A DNA stretch of 55,663 nucleotides, from assembly GCA_949285325.1 (NCBI GenBank), contig CASDYZ010000032.1, forward strand, positions 1 to 55,663, written 5' to 3'. The notes beneath the pieces were generated by a model. It saw only the letters and a list, made by a program, of their open reading frames with translations, searched no databases and had not been told where the DNA came from. Below, one piece after another: positions 29,767 to 38,724 of the stretch (position 1 is its first letter; every line of letters begins with the position of its first letter). This stretch comes from an uncultured bacterium (GTDB taxonomy: Bacteria > Bacillota_I > Bacilli_A > RFN20 > CAG-826). Position numbers and translations under genes: made by a program.

Positions 29767-30653
29767 TATTTTTTACCCCTCTTATCTCCCCAGAAAAACA
29801 CTGCAACTGTACCAGGTCCAGAATGTGAACCAATGACTGTTCCGATAGAATAAATCTCGACTATACCTTTCATTTTTGGATAGTTTTTTTCTATCTCATT
29901 TGCGATTATTTTCGCTTGGCTTTCAAAATCAGAATGGGATATATAAATTTTATCGCAGTAATTCTTTCCATCTCTAATATGCTCATTAACGGCGTTAAGC
30001 ATCATCTTTGAGGCTTGTTTAACCCCTAGACACTTCTTTAATGGAATTAATTTACCTTCATCATTAACATCAAGTAATGGACAAATATTAAGTAAATTAC
30101 CTAGTAAAAAACTTGTTTTAGAAATTCTTCCCCCACGATAATAATATTTTAAATCAGTAGAGAAGAACCAGTGATGAACATATAGACGATTATTGATAGC
30201 AAAATCAACGATTTCTTCAAAAGATTTTCCTTCGTCTCTTTGATCCGCCAATTTGTCCATCAATAGACCATATCCACTTGAAGCCGCCAAAGAATCGATA
30301 ATTTCGATTTTTCTATCTTTATATTTTTCTAATAATGTTTCAGCGGCTAATCTGGCGGAATTAATTGTCCCAGTTAAACCACTAGAAAGAGTGACGTGAA
30401 TGATGTCTAAACCCTCTTTTAAAAATGGTTCAAAATATTCAATGAACTCTTCAATGTTAATTTGAGAAGTCTTAGTCATCTCGCCCTTAGCCATACGAGA
30501 ATAAAATTCTTTAAACGGAATAGTTTGACCAAAATCATCTGGGTATTCATTGTCACCTAAATGATAATGGTAACAAATATAATGTAAATTTCTTTGTTCG
30601 TAATGTTCTTTAGTTAAATCCGATGTTGAACAACAAGATAATATAAATGACAT
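29766..30653 (-). CDS. DegV family fatty-acid-binding protein (FakB-like)
   Basis: TKTSQ, LSSGLTGT, IDSLAAS, RGGRIS and VIGSHSGPG motifs. Confidence 0.93.
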   Translation of the reverse strand: MSFILSCCSTSDLTKEHYEQRNLHYICYHYHLGDNEYPDDFGQTIPFKEFYSRMAKGEMTKTSQINIEEFIEYFEPFLKEGLDIIHVTLSSGLTGTINSARLAAETLLEKYKDRKIEIIDSLAASSGYGLLMDKLADQRDEGKSFEEIVDFAINNRLYVHHWFFSTDLKYYYRGGRISKTSFLLGNLLNICPLLDVNDEGKLIPLKKCLGVKQASKMMLNAVNEHIRDGKNYCDKIYISHSDFESQAKIIANEIEKNYPKMKGIVEIYSIGTVIGSHSGPGTVAVFFWGDKRGKK

Positions 30654-30833
30654 AAATGCCTCCTTTGAACGATAATAATAACATATAAATTATTTGTTTG
30701 TTAATATTTTAATGTTAAATAAAAGTGCGTTAATTAATTTAATTTTACAAAAATAATTAAGATTTAAAGGTTTTTTAAATAAAAATGAATAAATTTATAA
30801 AATTTTTTATTAATAATTTAATTGAACGATTAT

Positions 30834-30856
30834 AAAAAAAGAGCCCGAAGGCTCTT
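30834..30856 (-). terminator. intrinsic terminator
   Basis: AAGAGCC-TTCG-GGCTCTT followed by a T run on the minus strand. Confidence 0.8.
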
Positions 30857-30869
30857 ATAAGGATGATAA

Positions 30870-31097
30870 TTATTGTAAGAACAATTTCTTGGTAAATAAT
30901 ACACAGAAGAAATCGATCCAACCGAAGATGATACCAAGACCGAAGATGGCAATAATTGCGATAACTAGACGGATAATCCCGCGGTTGTTATACCAACTTG
31001 ACCATCTAACAATTAGTTCTACAACGTAGTTAACTCCAGGAATTAACAATAAAATCAATTGAACCCAACGAGGTAATTTTACAAATGCTTTATCCAT
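30870..31097 (-). CDS. small membrane protein (weak TM2-domain resemblance)
   Basis: 75 aa hydrophobic, AGGAGG RBS, own terminator; GIIFGWIDF end motif. Confidence 0.7.
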   Translation of the reverse strand: MDKAFVKLPRWVQLILLLIPGVNYVVELIVRWSSWYNNRGIIRLVIAIIAIFGLGIIFGWIDFFCVLFTKKLFLQ

Positions 31098-31161
31098 TTA
31101 AAGCCTCCTTTTTTCTGTCTTAAGTATAACACTTTTTTAAGTAAATAAAAAAGCACATTAT

Positions 31162-31190
31162 TTGCTATAAAAAGAGAAAGAATATAAAAT
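31162..31190 (+). promoter_or_regulatory. sigma-A type promoter of ferritin
   Basis: TTGCTA-17 nt-TAAAAT. Confidence 0.5.
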
Positions 31191-31220
31191 TAAGACATAA
31201 AGAAAAGGAGACTATATATT

Positions 31221-31715
31221 ATGAGTAAAATAACAAAACAATTATCAGATATGATCAACGATCAAATCAATGCTGAATTAGAAAGTGCTTATCTATATTT
31301 AGATATGGCAAATTATTATGCATCCAAGAGTTTAGGTGGATTTCAAAACAATTTTGAAAAACAAGCTGAAGAGGAAGTTGAACACGCTTTCAAACTTAGA
31401 AAATATTTAATTGATAATTCAATCGATGTCGTCTTAAAAGATGTCAAAATAACAAAAGTTAATTACAAAGATTTAAGAGAACCTCTCCAAAAACAATTAG
31501 AGCACGAAGAATTTGTCACATCATTAATTTATAAATTGATGGATAAGGCCATTGAAGATAGAGATTACGCGACCATTGAAATGTTAAAATGGTTTGTCAG
31601 TGAACAACAAGAAGAAGAAATATCCGCGAAAGCACTTCTAGATGAATTTGACGCCTTCGCGTCTGATAAAGCACTTTTATACAAATTAAATTCTCGATTA
31701 GGAAAAAGAGAATAA
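31221..31715 (+). CDS. ftnA: non-heme ferritin
   Basis: QINAELESAYLYLDMA, QAEEEVEHA, HEEFVT and WFVSEQQEEE ferroxidase motifs. Confidence 0.93.
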   Translation: MSKITKQLSDMINDQINAELESAYLYLDMANYYASKSLGGFQNNFEKQAEEEVEHAFKLRKYLIDNSIDVVLKDVKITKVNYKDLREPLQKQLEHEEFVTSLIYKLMDKAIEDRDYATIEMLKWFVSEQQEEEISAKALLDEFDAFASDKALLYKLNSRLGKRE

Positions 31716-31718
31716 CAT

Positions 31719-31745
31719 AATGCAGCAAGTTCGCTGCATTTTTTT
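31719..31745 (+). terminator. intrinsic terminator
   Basis: AATGCAGC-N6-GCTGCATT followed by a T run. Confidence 0.75.
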
Positions 31746-31789
31746 AAATTCAACTTGATATTTGTATTCAATTATTTAAAATAATTGTC

Positions 31790-33211
31790 ATGCGAATTAA
31801 AGATTTACCAATAATCAAAACATTTTATAACAACACTCAAACAATTAAATTAGCAATCCCAGTATTTATTGAATTGATTTTAAATGTTGGAATTGGATAT
31901 GTTAACCAATTTATGTTTGCTTCTATACCATCCGCGACCAACGCGATTGGGCAAGTAAACCAAATTGTTAATATCTTTATAGTGTCTTTTAGTGTTTTAT
32001 CTTCTTCGTCTTTAATATTGATTACTCAGTTAAACGGCACTGATAGCAAAGATAAAATAAGAAAAATATATCCTTTGACTTTATTTTTAAATTTGATCAT
32101 CAGTGTATTTGTCATCTTAATACTATTTTTAATCTCGCCATTTATTTTTAATTGGATGCAAGTTGATGTAGATATAATTGAATTCGCAAAATTATATTTA
32201 TATATAAGCGTCCCATCTTTACTTTTTTATGCATTAAATCAAGCATATTCTTCTTTTTTAAGGGCAAATAAAAAGATGGTACAACCTACCATTATTTCTT
32301 TAACTACAAACATTGTTAATATTGGTATTTGTGCAATTGTGTTATGGGCTATACCAGGATTAGATGTAAAAGATAAATTAATTGGGGCTGGACTAGCGTT
32401 ATTAATATCTAGATTCATATCATTTATCGCCTCATATTTATTCTTTAAATTTAGTGTAAAAGAAAAAATATCTTTAAAAGAAATAAGCCCTTTTCCCACT
32501 CAAATTTTAAAAAGACAACTTAAAATAGGTCTACCAACCGCGGGAGAAACATTATCGTATAATTTATCGCAATTTGTCTTAACAATAATCGTCAACGCTT
32601 CTTGCAGTGTATTAGATCAAAATTTAAGAACATATATAATGACTTTTACTTCTATCATTTATCTATTTGCCAGCGGAAGCGGGATTGCCATGCAAGTCAT
32701 CGAGGGTACGCTGATTGGTAAAAATGAAAAAGATAAAGCATATAAATTAGTATATGATACTGGGGTGATGGCTAGAACTATATCATTAATCATGTCGATT
32801 ATAGTCTTCTCATTAAGTTATCCGATATTTACTAGTTTATTATCTCCCGCGGTAAATGATCCACTTATTAATACTGATAATGTTACTATCTCTCACTGTG
32901 GTTTAACCGCCTTGTACTGCCTTTTAATAAACATTATTTTAGAGCAAGGTAGAGCAACTAATTTAGTGTACGTCAAAGGACTTGAAACTGCGGGTGATAT
33001 CGCTTTTCCTGTCGTAGGTTCAATATGTGCCTCATGGATTTTTACTGTCGGTATTTCAGCATTATTATGTTTAGTATTTAATTTAGGAATTTATGGTGCG
33101 TTTATCGGCGCGTGCTTAGACGAATGCGTTAGAGGCGTCGCTTTTTATATAAGATGGCATAATGGTAAATGGAAAAATATAAATCTATTAAAAGGTATCG
33201 CGAATACTTAA
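31790..33211 (+). CDS. MATE family efflux transporter
   Basis: About 12 TM helices; LAIPVFIE, KIGLPTAGE, EQGRATN and LDECVRG motifs. Confidence 0.88.
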   Translation: MRIKDLPIIKTFYNNTQTIKLAIPVFIELILNVGIGYVNQFMFASIPSATNAIGQVNQIVNIFIVSFSVLSSSSLILITQLNGTDSKDKIRKIYPLTLFLNLIISVFVILILFLISPFIFNWMQVDVDIIEFAKLYLYISVPSLLFYALNQAYSSFLRANKKMVQPTIISLTTNIVNIGICAIVLWAIPGLDVKDKLIGAGLALLISRFISFIASYLFFKFSVKEKISLKEISPFPTQILKRQLKIGLPTAGETLSYNLSQFVLTIIVNASCSVLDQNLRTYIMTFTSIIYLFASGSGIAMQVIEGTLIGKNEKDKAYKLVYDTGVMARTISLIMSIIVFSLSYPIFTSLLSPAVNDPLINTDNVTISHCGLTALYCLLINIILEQGRATNLVYVKGLETAGDIAFPVVGSICASWIFTVGISALLCLVFNLGIYGAFIGACLDECVRGVAFYIRWHNGKWKNINLLKGIANT

Positions 33212-33942
33212 TTATTTACGCTAAACACTTCTTTCTCTCTTTTAGGATATTTATATCGGTAAACACGGTTTAATAGATATATAAAAGGCATACCTAAGTT
33301 AGTTTCGATTAATGAATCTATTATTAAAGTTGAAAAAGAATTCTCATCAACTGTTCTTATTCCATATAAAAGAAACGCACTCTCCCACGCGAATTGAATT
33401 AAAAAACCAAGAGCAAACAAAAAGAATACATTTACTCTTTTTTCTTTTTTAGAAAACAAATTATAAATAATGACAATTAAATAAGAAACAATCAAAATGA
33501 TTGCCATTGGTCCGTGGTATGCATTAGTAGTTCTCATTGTCGCGATATTTCTTTCTCCACCCAATTCACTTATCGCTGGTAAAATAAACCACCAAAGAAC
33601 AGTCATAAATGTTATTAAAGGTGCGTCTTCATCTTTATCAATTAACAACCATATCAAGGCGATATTTGTCCCGCCAGAGGATATTTCATGCCAAAGAAGG
33701 TAAAAGAAATATGTTGCCTCGTTCGCGTTAACTCCGTTTATTAAAACGGTTCTAGACATCGATACATGATAAAAGAAAACATAGTCTACAATAAAATAAG
33801 TGACACCACCTATTAAAAACATAATGAGTGCGGACTTCTTTCTCTTTAAGATTAAAATACAAACAAAAAGAACAAGAAAAATAGTGTCTAATAAAATGTA
33901 TGTAAGGTTTAATTCTCTTGCGGGAATAATATTGTCGCTCAT
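33208..33942 (-). CDS. hypothetical polytopic membrane protein
   Basis: 244 aa with about 7 hydrophobic segments; no family recognised. Confidence 0.7.
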   Translation of the reverse strand: MSDNIIPARELNLTYILLDTIFLVLFVCILILKRKKSALIMFLIGGVTYFIVDYVFFYHVSMSRTVLINGVNANEATYFFYLLWHEISSGGTNIALIWLLIDKDEDAPLITFMTVLWWFILPAISELGGERNIATMRTTNAYHGPMAIILIVSYLIVIIYNLFSKKEKRVNVFFLFALGFLIQFAWESAFLLYGIRTVDENSFSTLIIDSLIETNLGMPFIYLLNRVYRYKYPKREKEVFSVNN

Positions 33943-34049
33943 GGGTTAATTATATATCAATAATAAAATCAATATGAAACTTTATGTTAAATTTTAACAA
34001 AAATAATAAATAATAAATCTAAAAACAATGTAAAAGTCGAATATTTACA

Positions 34050-35924
34050 TTAAATTTTAGTAAAAATAATTTTATTTAAATCTATGTTAAATGTTTGCTT
34101 ATTTCTTTTAAAACAAGTGTCGTCCTTACCAGCTTTTATACAGATATAATCTTCAAAGCAATCTAAATTTGCGTAAAGTAAAGTGTTATCACCTAGACTA
34201 TCCTCGTTGACACATTTAAATTTCATACATTGATGCTTATTGATTTCTTTTCTTTTATTTACTGGCGTAAAAGCATCATAAGGAATAAATAAATTATATT
34301 CACCTTCATTTAAAGATAAATCACCAATTAACTTAAAATTACCAAAGATTATCTCATTTAAGCCTTTCTTATTTTTCTTAACTAAGCACTTAGTTGTGTT
34401 AGAAATAAATTCAAAACGTGAAACAATTCTATTTTTTAGATTCTCGTCATATAAAGTGATATTTTCTAAAGGTATATATAATTTGATTTTTTCTCCTTCT
34501 TTGTATTCTCCCTTATTAAATTTTACTGCGATATAAGATTTTTTGTGCATAAGAGAGACGTAGAGTAATGACTGTTCTTTAGATTGCTCCACTATCTCAA
34601 TCTTTGCGTCTAAAACTAGATCATCATCTTTACCTTTTTCAAGTTTAAAGGCATTTGTTGGTATCTTTATTAAAATATCGTGACTGCCTCTAAATTCAGG
34701 TAATACTTTATTTTTATCTTCTTCATTTAATTTGATATCGACATTAGCGAAACTAACGACACCTTTATCGTAGTCAATCTTACTTTTTATATAATTTTCA
34801 CTCGATATACCTGAGATTCTTCTCTCATTATCTTTGTCGAATAAATGGACGTGTCTAGTGTGGAATTGGACGAAGATTTTATCTCCTTCTTTTACTTCTT
34901 TTCTCCCGTCGAGTTTAACCACAAGCGGTATGTCAGTATTTTCGATTTGAGTGTAACAAATAATTTCACTACCGAGTTTTTCAATAACGTCAACGATGAC
35001 AGGTACCGCATCTTCATCATCTTCATTCACTTCAAATATTTCTTCAGGTCTAATACCTAAAATAATATCTTTACCGATGTAAGAATATGAAATTAATTGG
35101 TGAATAGTATTGTCGTGAATATGAACTTTAAAAGTAGAATCATTTTTATTTATTACACCGACATATTTATTACCTTCTTTTAATAATTTTGCATTGAATA
35201 AATTCATTTGCGGTGAGCCTAAAAATGATGCGACAAATACATTTGCTGGATGATCGTATAAATTAGAAGGGGTATCGACTTGTTGAACGACACCATTTCT
35301 CATAACGACGATAATTGTACCCATCGTCATCGCCTCAGTTTGATCGTGAGTAACATAGACAAATGTCGTTTTAAGACGTCGGTGTAATTTTGTGATTTCA
35401 CTCCTCATCGACACTCTTAATTTCGCGTCCAAGTTTGAAAGGGGTTCATCTAACAAAAATACTTTAGGCTCTCTAACTATACTTCTACCAAGTGCAACTC
35501 TTTGACGTTGACCACCAGAAAGAGCTTTTGGTTTTCTAGAAAGATATGGTGTTAATCCTAATATTTCCGCTGCATTTTCGATTCTTTTTTTGATTTCATC
35601 TTTTGGGACTTTTGCCATTTTTAAACCAAACGCAATATTGTCGTAAACTGTCATATGTTGATAAAGGGCATAATTTTGGAAAACCATCGTTATATCTCTA
35701 TCCTTTGGAGATACATCATTGACTATTTTATCATCGATATATAAATTGCCAGATGTAATTTCTTCTAGCCCTGCAATCATTCTTAGAGTAGTTGATTTAC
35801 CGCATCCACTAGGACCGACAAAAACGACGAATTCATTATCTTTAATTTCAAGATTTAAATCGCTTACCGCTTTTACTCCCCCTTCATACACCTTGTAAAT
35901 ATGTTCAAATTTTAAGCTAGCCAT
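34050..35924 (-). CDS. sugar ABC transporter ATPase (MsmX/MalK family) with C-terminal extension
   Basis: GPSGCGKST, LSGGQRQR, LLDEPLSNLD and YVTHDQ motifs; about 250 extra C-terminal residues. Confidence 0.93.
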   Translation of the reverse strand: MASLKFEHIYKVYEGGVKAVSDLNLEIKDNEFVVFVGPSGCGKSTTLRMIAGLEEITSGNLYIDDKIVNDVSPKDRDITMVFQNYALYQHMTVYDNIAFGLKMAKVPKDEIKKRIENAAEILGLTPYLSRKPKALSGGQRQRVALGRSIVREPKVFLLDEPLSNLDAKLRVSMRSEITKLHRRLKTTFVYVTHDQTEAMTMGTIIVVMRNGVVQQVDTPSNLYDHPANVFVASFLGSPQMNLFNAKLLKEGNKYVGVINKNDSTFKVHIHDNTIHQLISYSYIGKDIILGIRPEEIFEVNEDDEDAVPVIVDVIEKLGSEIICYTQIENTDIPLVVKLDGRKEVKEGDKIFVQFHTRHVHLFDKDNERRISGISSENYIKSKIDYDKGVVSFANVDIKLNEEDKNKVLPEFRGSHDILIKIPTNAFKLEKGKDDDLVLDAKIEIVEQSKEQSLLYVSLMHKKSYIAVKFNKGEYKEGEKIKLYIPLENITLYDENLKNRIVSRFEFISNTTKCLVKKNKKGLNEIIFGNFKLIGDLSLNEGEYNLFIPYDAFTPVNKRKEINKHQCMKFKCVNEDSLGDNTLLYANLDCFEDYICIKAGKDDTCFKRNKQTFNIDLNKIIFTKI

Positions 35925-35927
35925 AAA

Positions 35928-36824
35928 CTATTCTCCTTTACTTTTGTCTAGACCTTTGTCAATTAATTCCAATGAATATTTTGAATTGATATGTTTGTCA
36001 AAGACGTGATAGGCGTAGAGGCTAAAAGAAATAGCCGAATGGGAAAAACCATAAAACACCAACAACGCCAAAAAAATAAATTGCATTATTAATAAAGGAA
36101 TAAAAAATGTTCCTATAATAAATAACATACTGACGATGACCATCAATAAATTTGATGGAAGTAAAATAATTGATAACAATAAATTATTTTTTGTAGTCGC
36201 AATAAATTTAAATTTATAAATAGAAGCACCGCAAAGAACAAAAAGAGAAAAACTTGCGACGATAACAAAAATAATACTTAGTAAAATAATTAAAATTACT
36301 TTGAGAAAAAATGGTATCTCATCCACTATCGGATAAAAATATATATTCATAAAGTATATGAATGTATAGATGCTAAAAACTACACCACTTAAAAGCGATG
36401 ATTTAATGTTAGATTTTACTCCATTAAAAAAGTCGCTCCACAAAAACAAATCACCTTCTTGAAACACCATCTTTTTAGCGACACTAAATGTTCCGCCTAA
36501 ACCGATAAAAGATAGGATAAATAAAGGTATAGAGAATAAATACTGTAGACATATGAGAGAAAAATTTTGAAATAGAATCATCTTCTCGTCTGGATTTGTA
36601 ATTAGAAATTGTTCTTTTGCGTAATTCATATATACGCCCCAAAGAAATGTAAAAATAACTAGAGGCAGGAAAAATAGACATGTAATTAAAGATAATAAAA
36701 TTAATTTAGAAAATCTATTTTTAAAAATATCAAAATACGCTTTGAAACGATTAGAAGGAAGCTTGCCGTCATTATTTTTAGAATTATCTTTATTGAAGAA
36801 ATTATAAAAACTATTTCTTTTCAT
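35928..36824 (-). CDS. YesL/DUF624-like membrane protein
   Basis: Multi-TM with WSDFFNGVKSN and Y.FK...T.KN.LLL segments typical of YesL; sugar ABC context. Confidence 0.6.
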   Translation of the reverse strand: MKRNSFYNFFNKDNSKNNDGKLPSNRFKAYFDIFKNRFSKLILLSLITCLFFLPLVIFTFLWGVYMNYAKEQFLITNPDEKMILFQNFSLICLQYLFSIPLFILSFIGLGGTFSVAKKMVFQEGDLFLWSDFFNGVKSNIKSSLLSGVVFSIYTFIYFMNIYFYPIVDEIPFFLKVILIILLSIIFVIVASFSLFVLCGASIYKFKFIATTKNNLLLSIILLPSNLLMVIVSMLFIIGTFFIPLLIMQFIFLALLVFYGFSHSAISFSLYAYHVFDKHINSKYSLELIDKGLDKSKGE

Positions 36825-37744
36825 TTTTTATTAACTCCTATAACTTCTTCTAAAGGAGGGACGACACCAATCGCACCTTTTTTTGTTGTGGCTTTTGCCC
36901 CAACAATATTAGCAAATCTAAGCAAATCCCTAATATTTTCTTCATTTTTTAATGCATTTTTATTATTATCAACCTCATATAAAATAAAAGAATAAAATGC
37001 ATCTCCCGCCCCGGTTGTGTCGAGTGCGTCAACTTTTATACTATCGACTTTTATAAGTTTGTCATCGTGATATAAAGCTGAACCTAATTTACCCAAGGAG
37101 ACAAATACATATTGATTTTTATTAAATAAATATTTAAGACCTTCTTCATATTTTTTAACGTTTGATAACAATAAAACTTCTTCTTCACTAACCTTGATTA
37201 AATCGCACTTCTTTATGACATCGATATAATATTGTTTAGATTGATTGGTATCAAAGAAGATATCGCTTCGATAATTGACATCAAAGGATATTTTTATATG
37301 AGGAAATCCTTTAAAATAATCAATCGCGTTTTTGATAAAATCTCGACCTTTTTCACTAGATAAACATAAAGAACCAAAATGAACTATATCAACCTCATTT
37401 AAATTAACATTTTCAATTAGTTCATTTAAATCAAATTGATAATCTGCCCCATCTTCTCTTATAAATTTAAAAGATCTCTCCCCCTTGTCTAAATTGACTA
37501 AAGCAATAGTCGTCTTTAAATTGTTCATTTTTTTAATAAACGTCTTCTTAAAATTTTGTCTAGAAGCAAAATCAATTAATTGTTCACCATATTTATCATT
37601 ACCAACTACACCATTAAAAATAACATCGCCTCCAAAAAAAGCGATATTTGACGCGACATTAAAAGGCGCGCCACCTGGGCGAACTTCTTCTATACTGCCA
37701 TCTTTAAATACATCGACTAATATTTCTCCAATAATCAATATCAT
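36821..37744 (-). CDS. PfkB family carbohydrate kinase (fructokinase)
   Basis: GEILVD, PGGAPFNVA, FDVNYR and DTTGAGDAF motifs; GH32 context. Confidence 0.9.
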   Translation of the reverse strand: MILIIGEILVDVFKDGSIEEVRPGGAPFNVASNIAFFGGDVIFNGVVGNDKYGEQLIDFASRQNFKKTFIKKMNNLKTTIALVNLDKGERSFKFIREDGADYQFDLNELIENVNLNEVDIVHFGSLCLSSEKGRDFIKNAIDYFKGFPHIKISFDVNYRSDIFFDTNQSKQYYIDVIKKCDLIKVSEEEVLLLSNVKKYEEGLKYLFNKNQYVFVSLGKLGSALYHDDKLIKVDSIKVDALDTTGAGDAFYSFILYEVDNNKNALKNEENIRDLLRFANIVGAKATTKKGAIGVVPPLEEVIGVNKK

Positions 37745-37746
37745 TA

Positions 37747-38703
37747 TTAAGCTGTTTCTCCTTTGACAAATGTAGTAGGAACGATGATTTTGGATTCCAC
37801 TTCTTCTTTGTCAATTCTTTTAATGAGAGTAGTTACAACTTGTCTAGCCATATTATTTAAATCTTGCTTAATGGTGGTAAATGTTGGATTTTGAATCCAA
37901 TCTCCCATACAACCATCGTAAGTTATTATTTTTAAATCGCTATTATAATTTAGTTCTCGCGCTACCCTATAAATGGCAAAGCCGAATGAATCGCTCGTCG
38001 TGAATACTGCGTCCAACTTTTTATATTTGTTTAAAAAACGTTTTGAGTGAACATATTCCTCACCGTGCCTAAAATCATCATAAAATATGTATTTTTCTAA
38101 ACCTAATTCATCACAGACATCATTATAGGCGTTATATCTTTCTAAAACTTCAGATGAGACGCTTGGCTTACCACCAATAAAACCGATATTCCTGCAGTTT
38201 AAAGAATATAAATATTTAATCGCTTTAAATGTCGCATCGTAATTATCAGAAGTTATACAAGGCACATTTTTACCAAAAAGTCTATCGATAGTCACAATCG
38301 GTAAAGAAGAATCAAAATTGTTATATTTGTTATGCGTGATAAAAATAATCCCATCAACTTGATTATTTTTTAACATCTTGATGAATTCTTCTTCTCTTTT
38401 TCTATTGTTGTCTGAATCTGTAATCAATAATTTATATCCAAATTCATGCGCGACATTTTCAATACATTCACTAATCTTTGCAAAGAAAGGATGGGAAATC
38501 ATCGGCACACATAAAGCGAGTATAAATGAACGATTAAGTTTAAGTGCTCTACCAAAAGAATTTTGTTCGTAATTTTCTTGTTCAATTACTTTTTTAATCC
38601 TTTCAGCGGCATCTTTAGATACATAACCATTGTTTAAATATCTCGATACTGTCGATTTACTCACTTTTGCTAAATTTGCAATGTCGATGATTGTCTTTCC
38701 CAT
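37747..38703 (-). CDS. LacI family repressor (ScrR-like)
   Basis: TIIDIANLAKVSKSTVSRYLNNGYVS HTH plus sugar-binding domain. Confidence 0.93.
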   Translation of the reverse strand: MGKTIIDIANLAKVSKSTVSRYLNNGYVSKDAAERIKKVIEQENYEQNSFGRALKLNRSFILALCVPMISHPFFAKISECIENVAHEFGYKLLITDSDNNRKREEEFIKMLKNNQVDGIIFITHNKYNNFDSSLPIVTIDRLFGKNVPCITSDNYDATFKAIKYLYSLNCRNIGFIGGKPSVSSEVLERYNAYNDVCDELGLEKYIFYDDFRHGEEYVHSKRFLNKYKKLDAVFTTSDSFGFAIYRVARELNYNSDLKIITYDGCMGDWIQNPTFTTIKQDLNNMARQVVTTLIKRIDKEEVESKIIVPTTFVKGETA

Positions 38704-38724
38704 CCTTAATGAGCCTTTCTAATT

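Noticed and set aside
30660-30830. Extremely AT-rich spacer upstream of degV
   Set aside because: No convincing repeat, structure or ORF beyond base composition
33943-34049. Left att site for the fructan locus
   Set aside because: No copy of the tRNA-Leu 3' end found here
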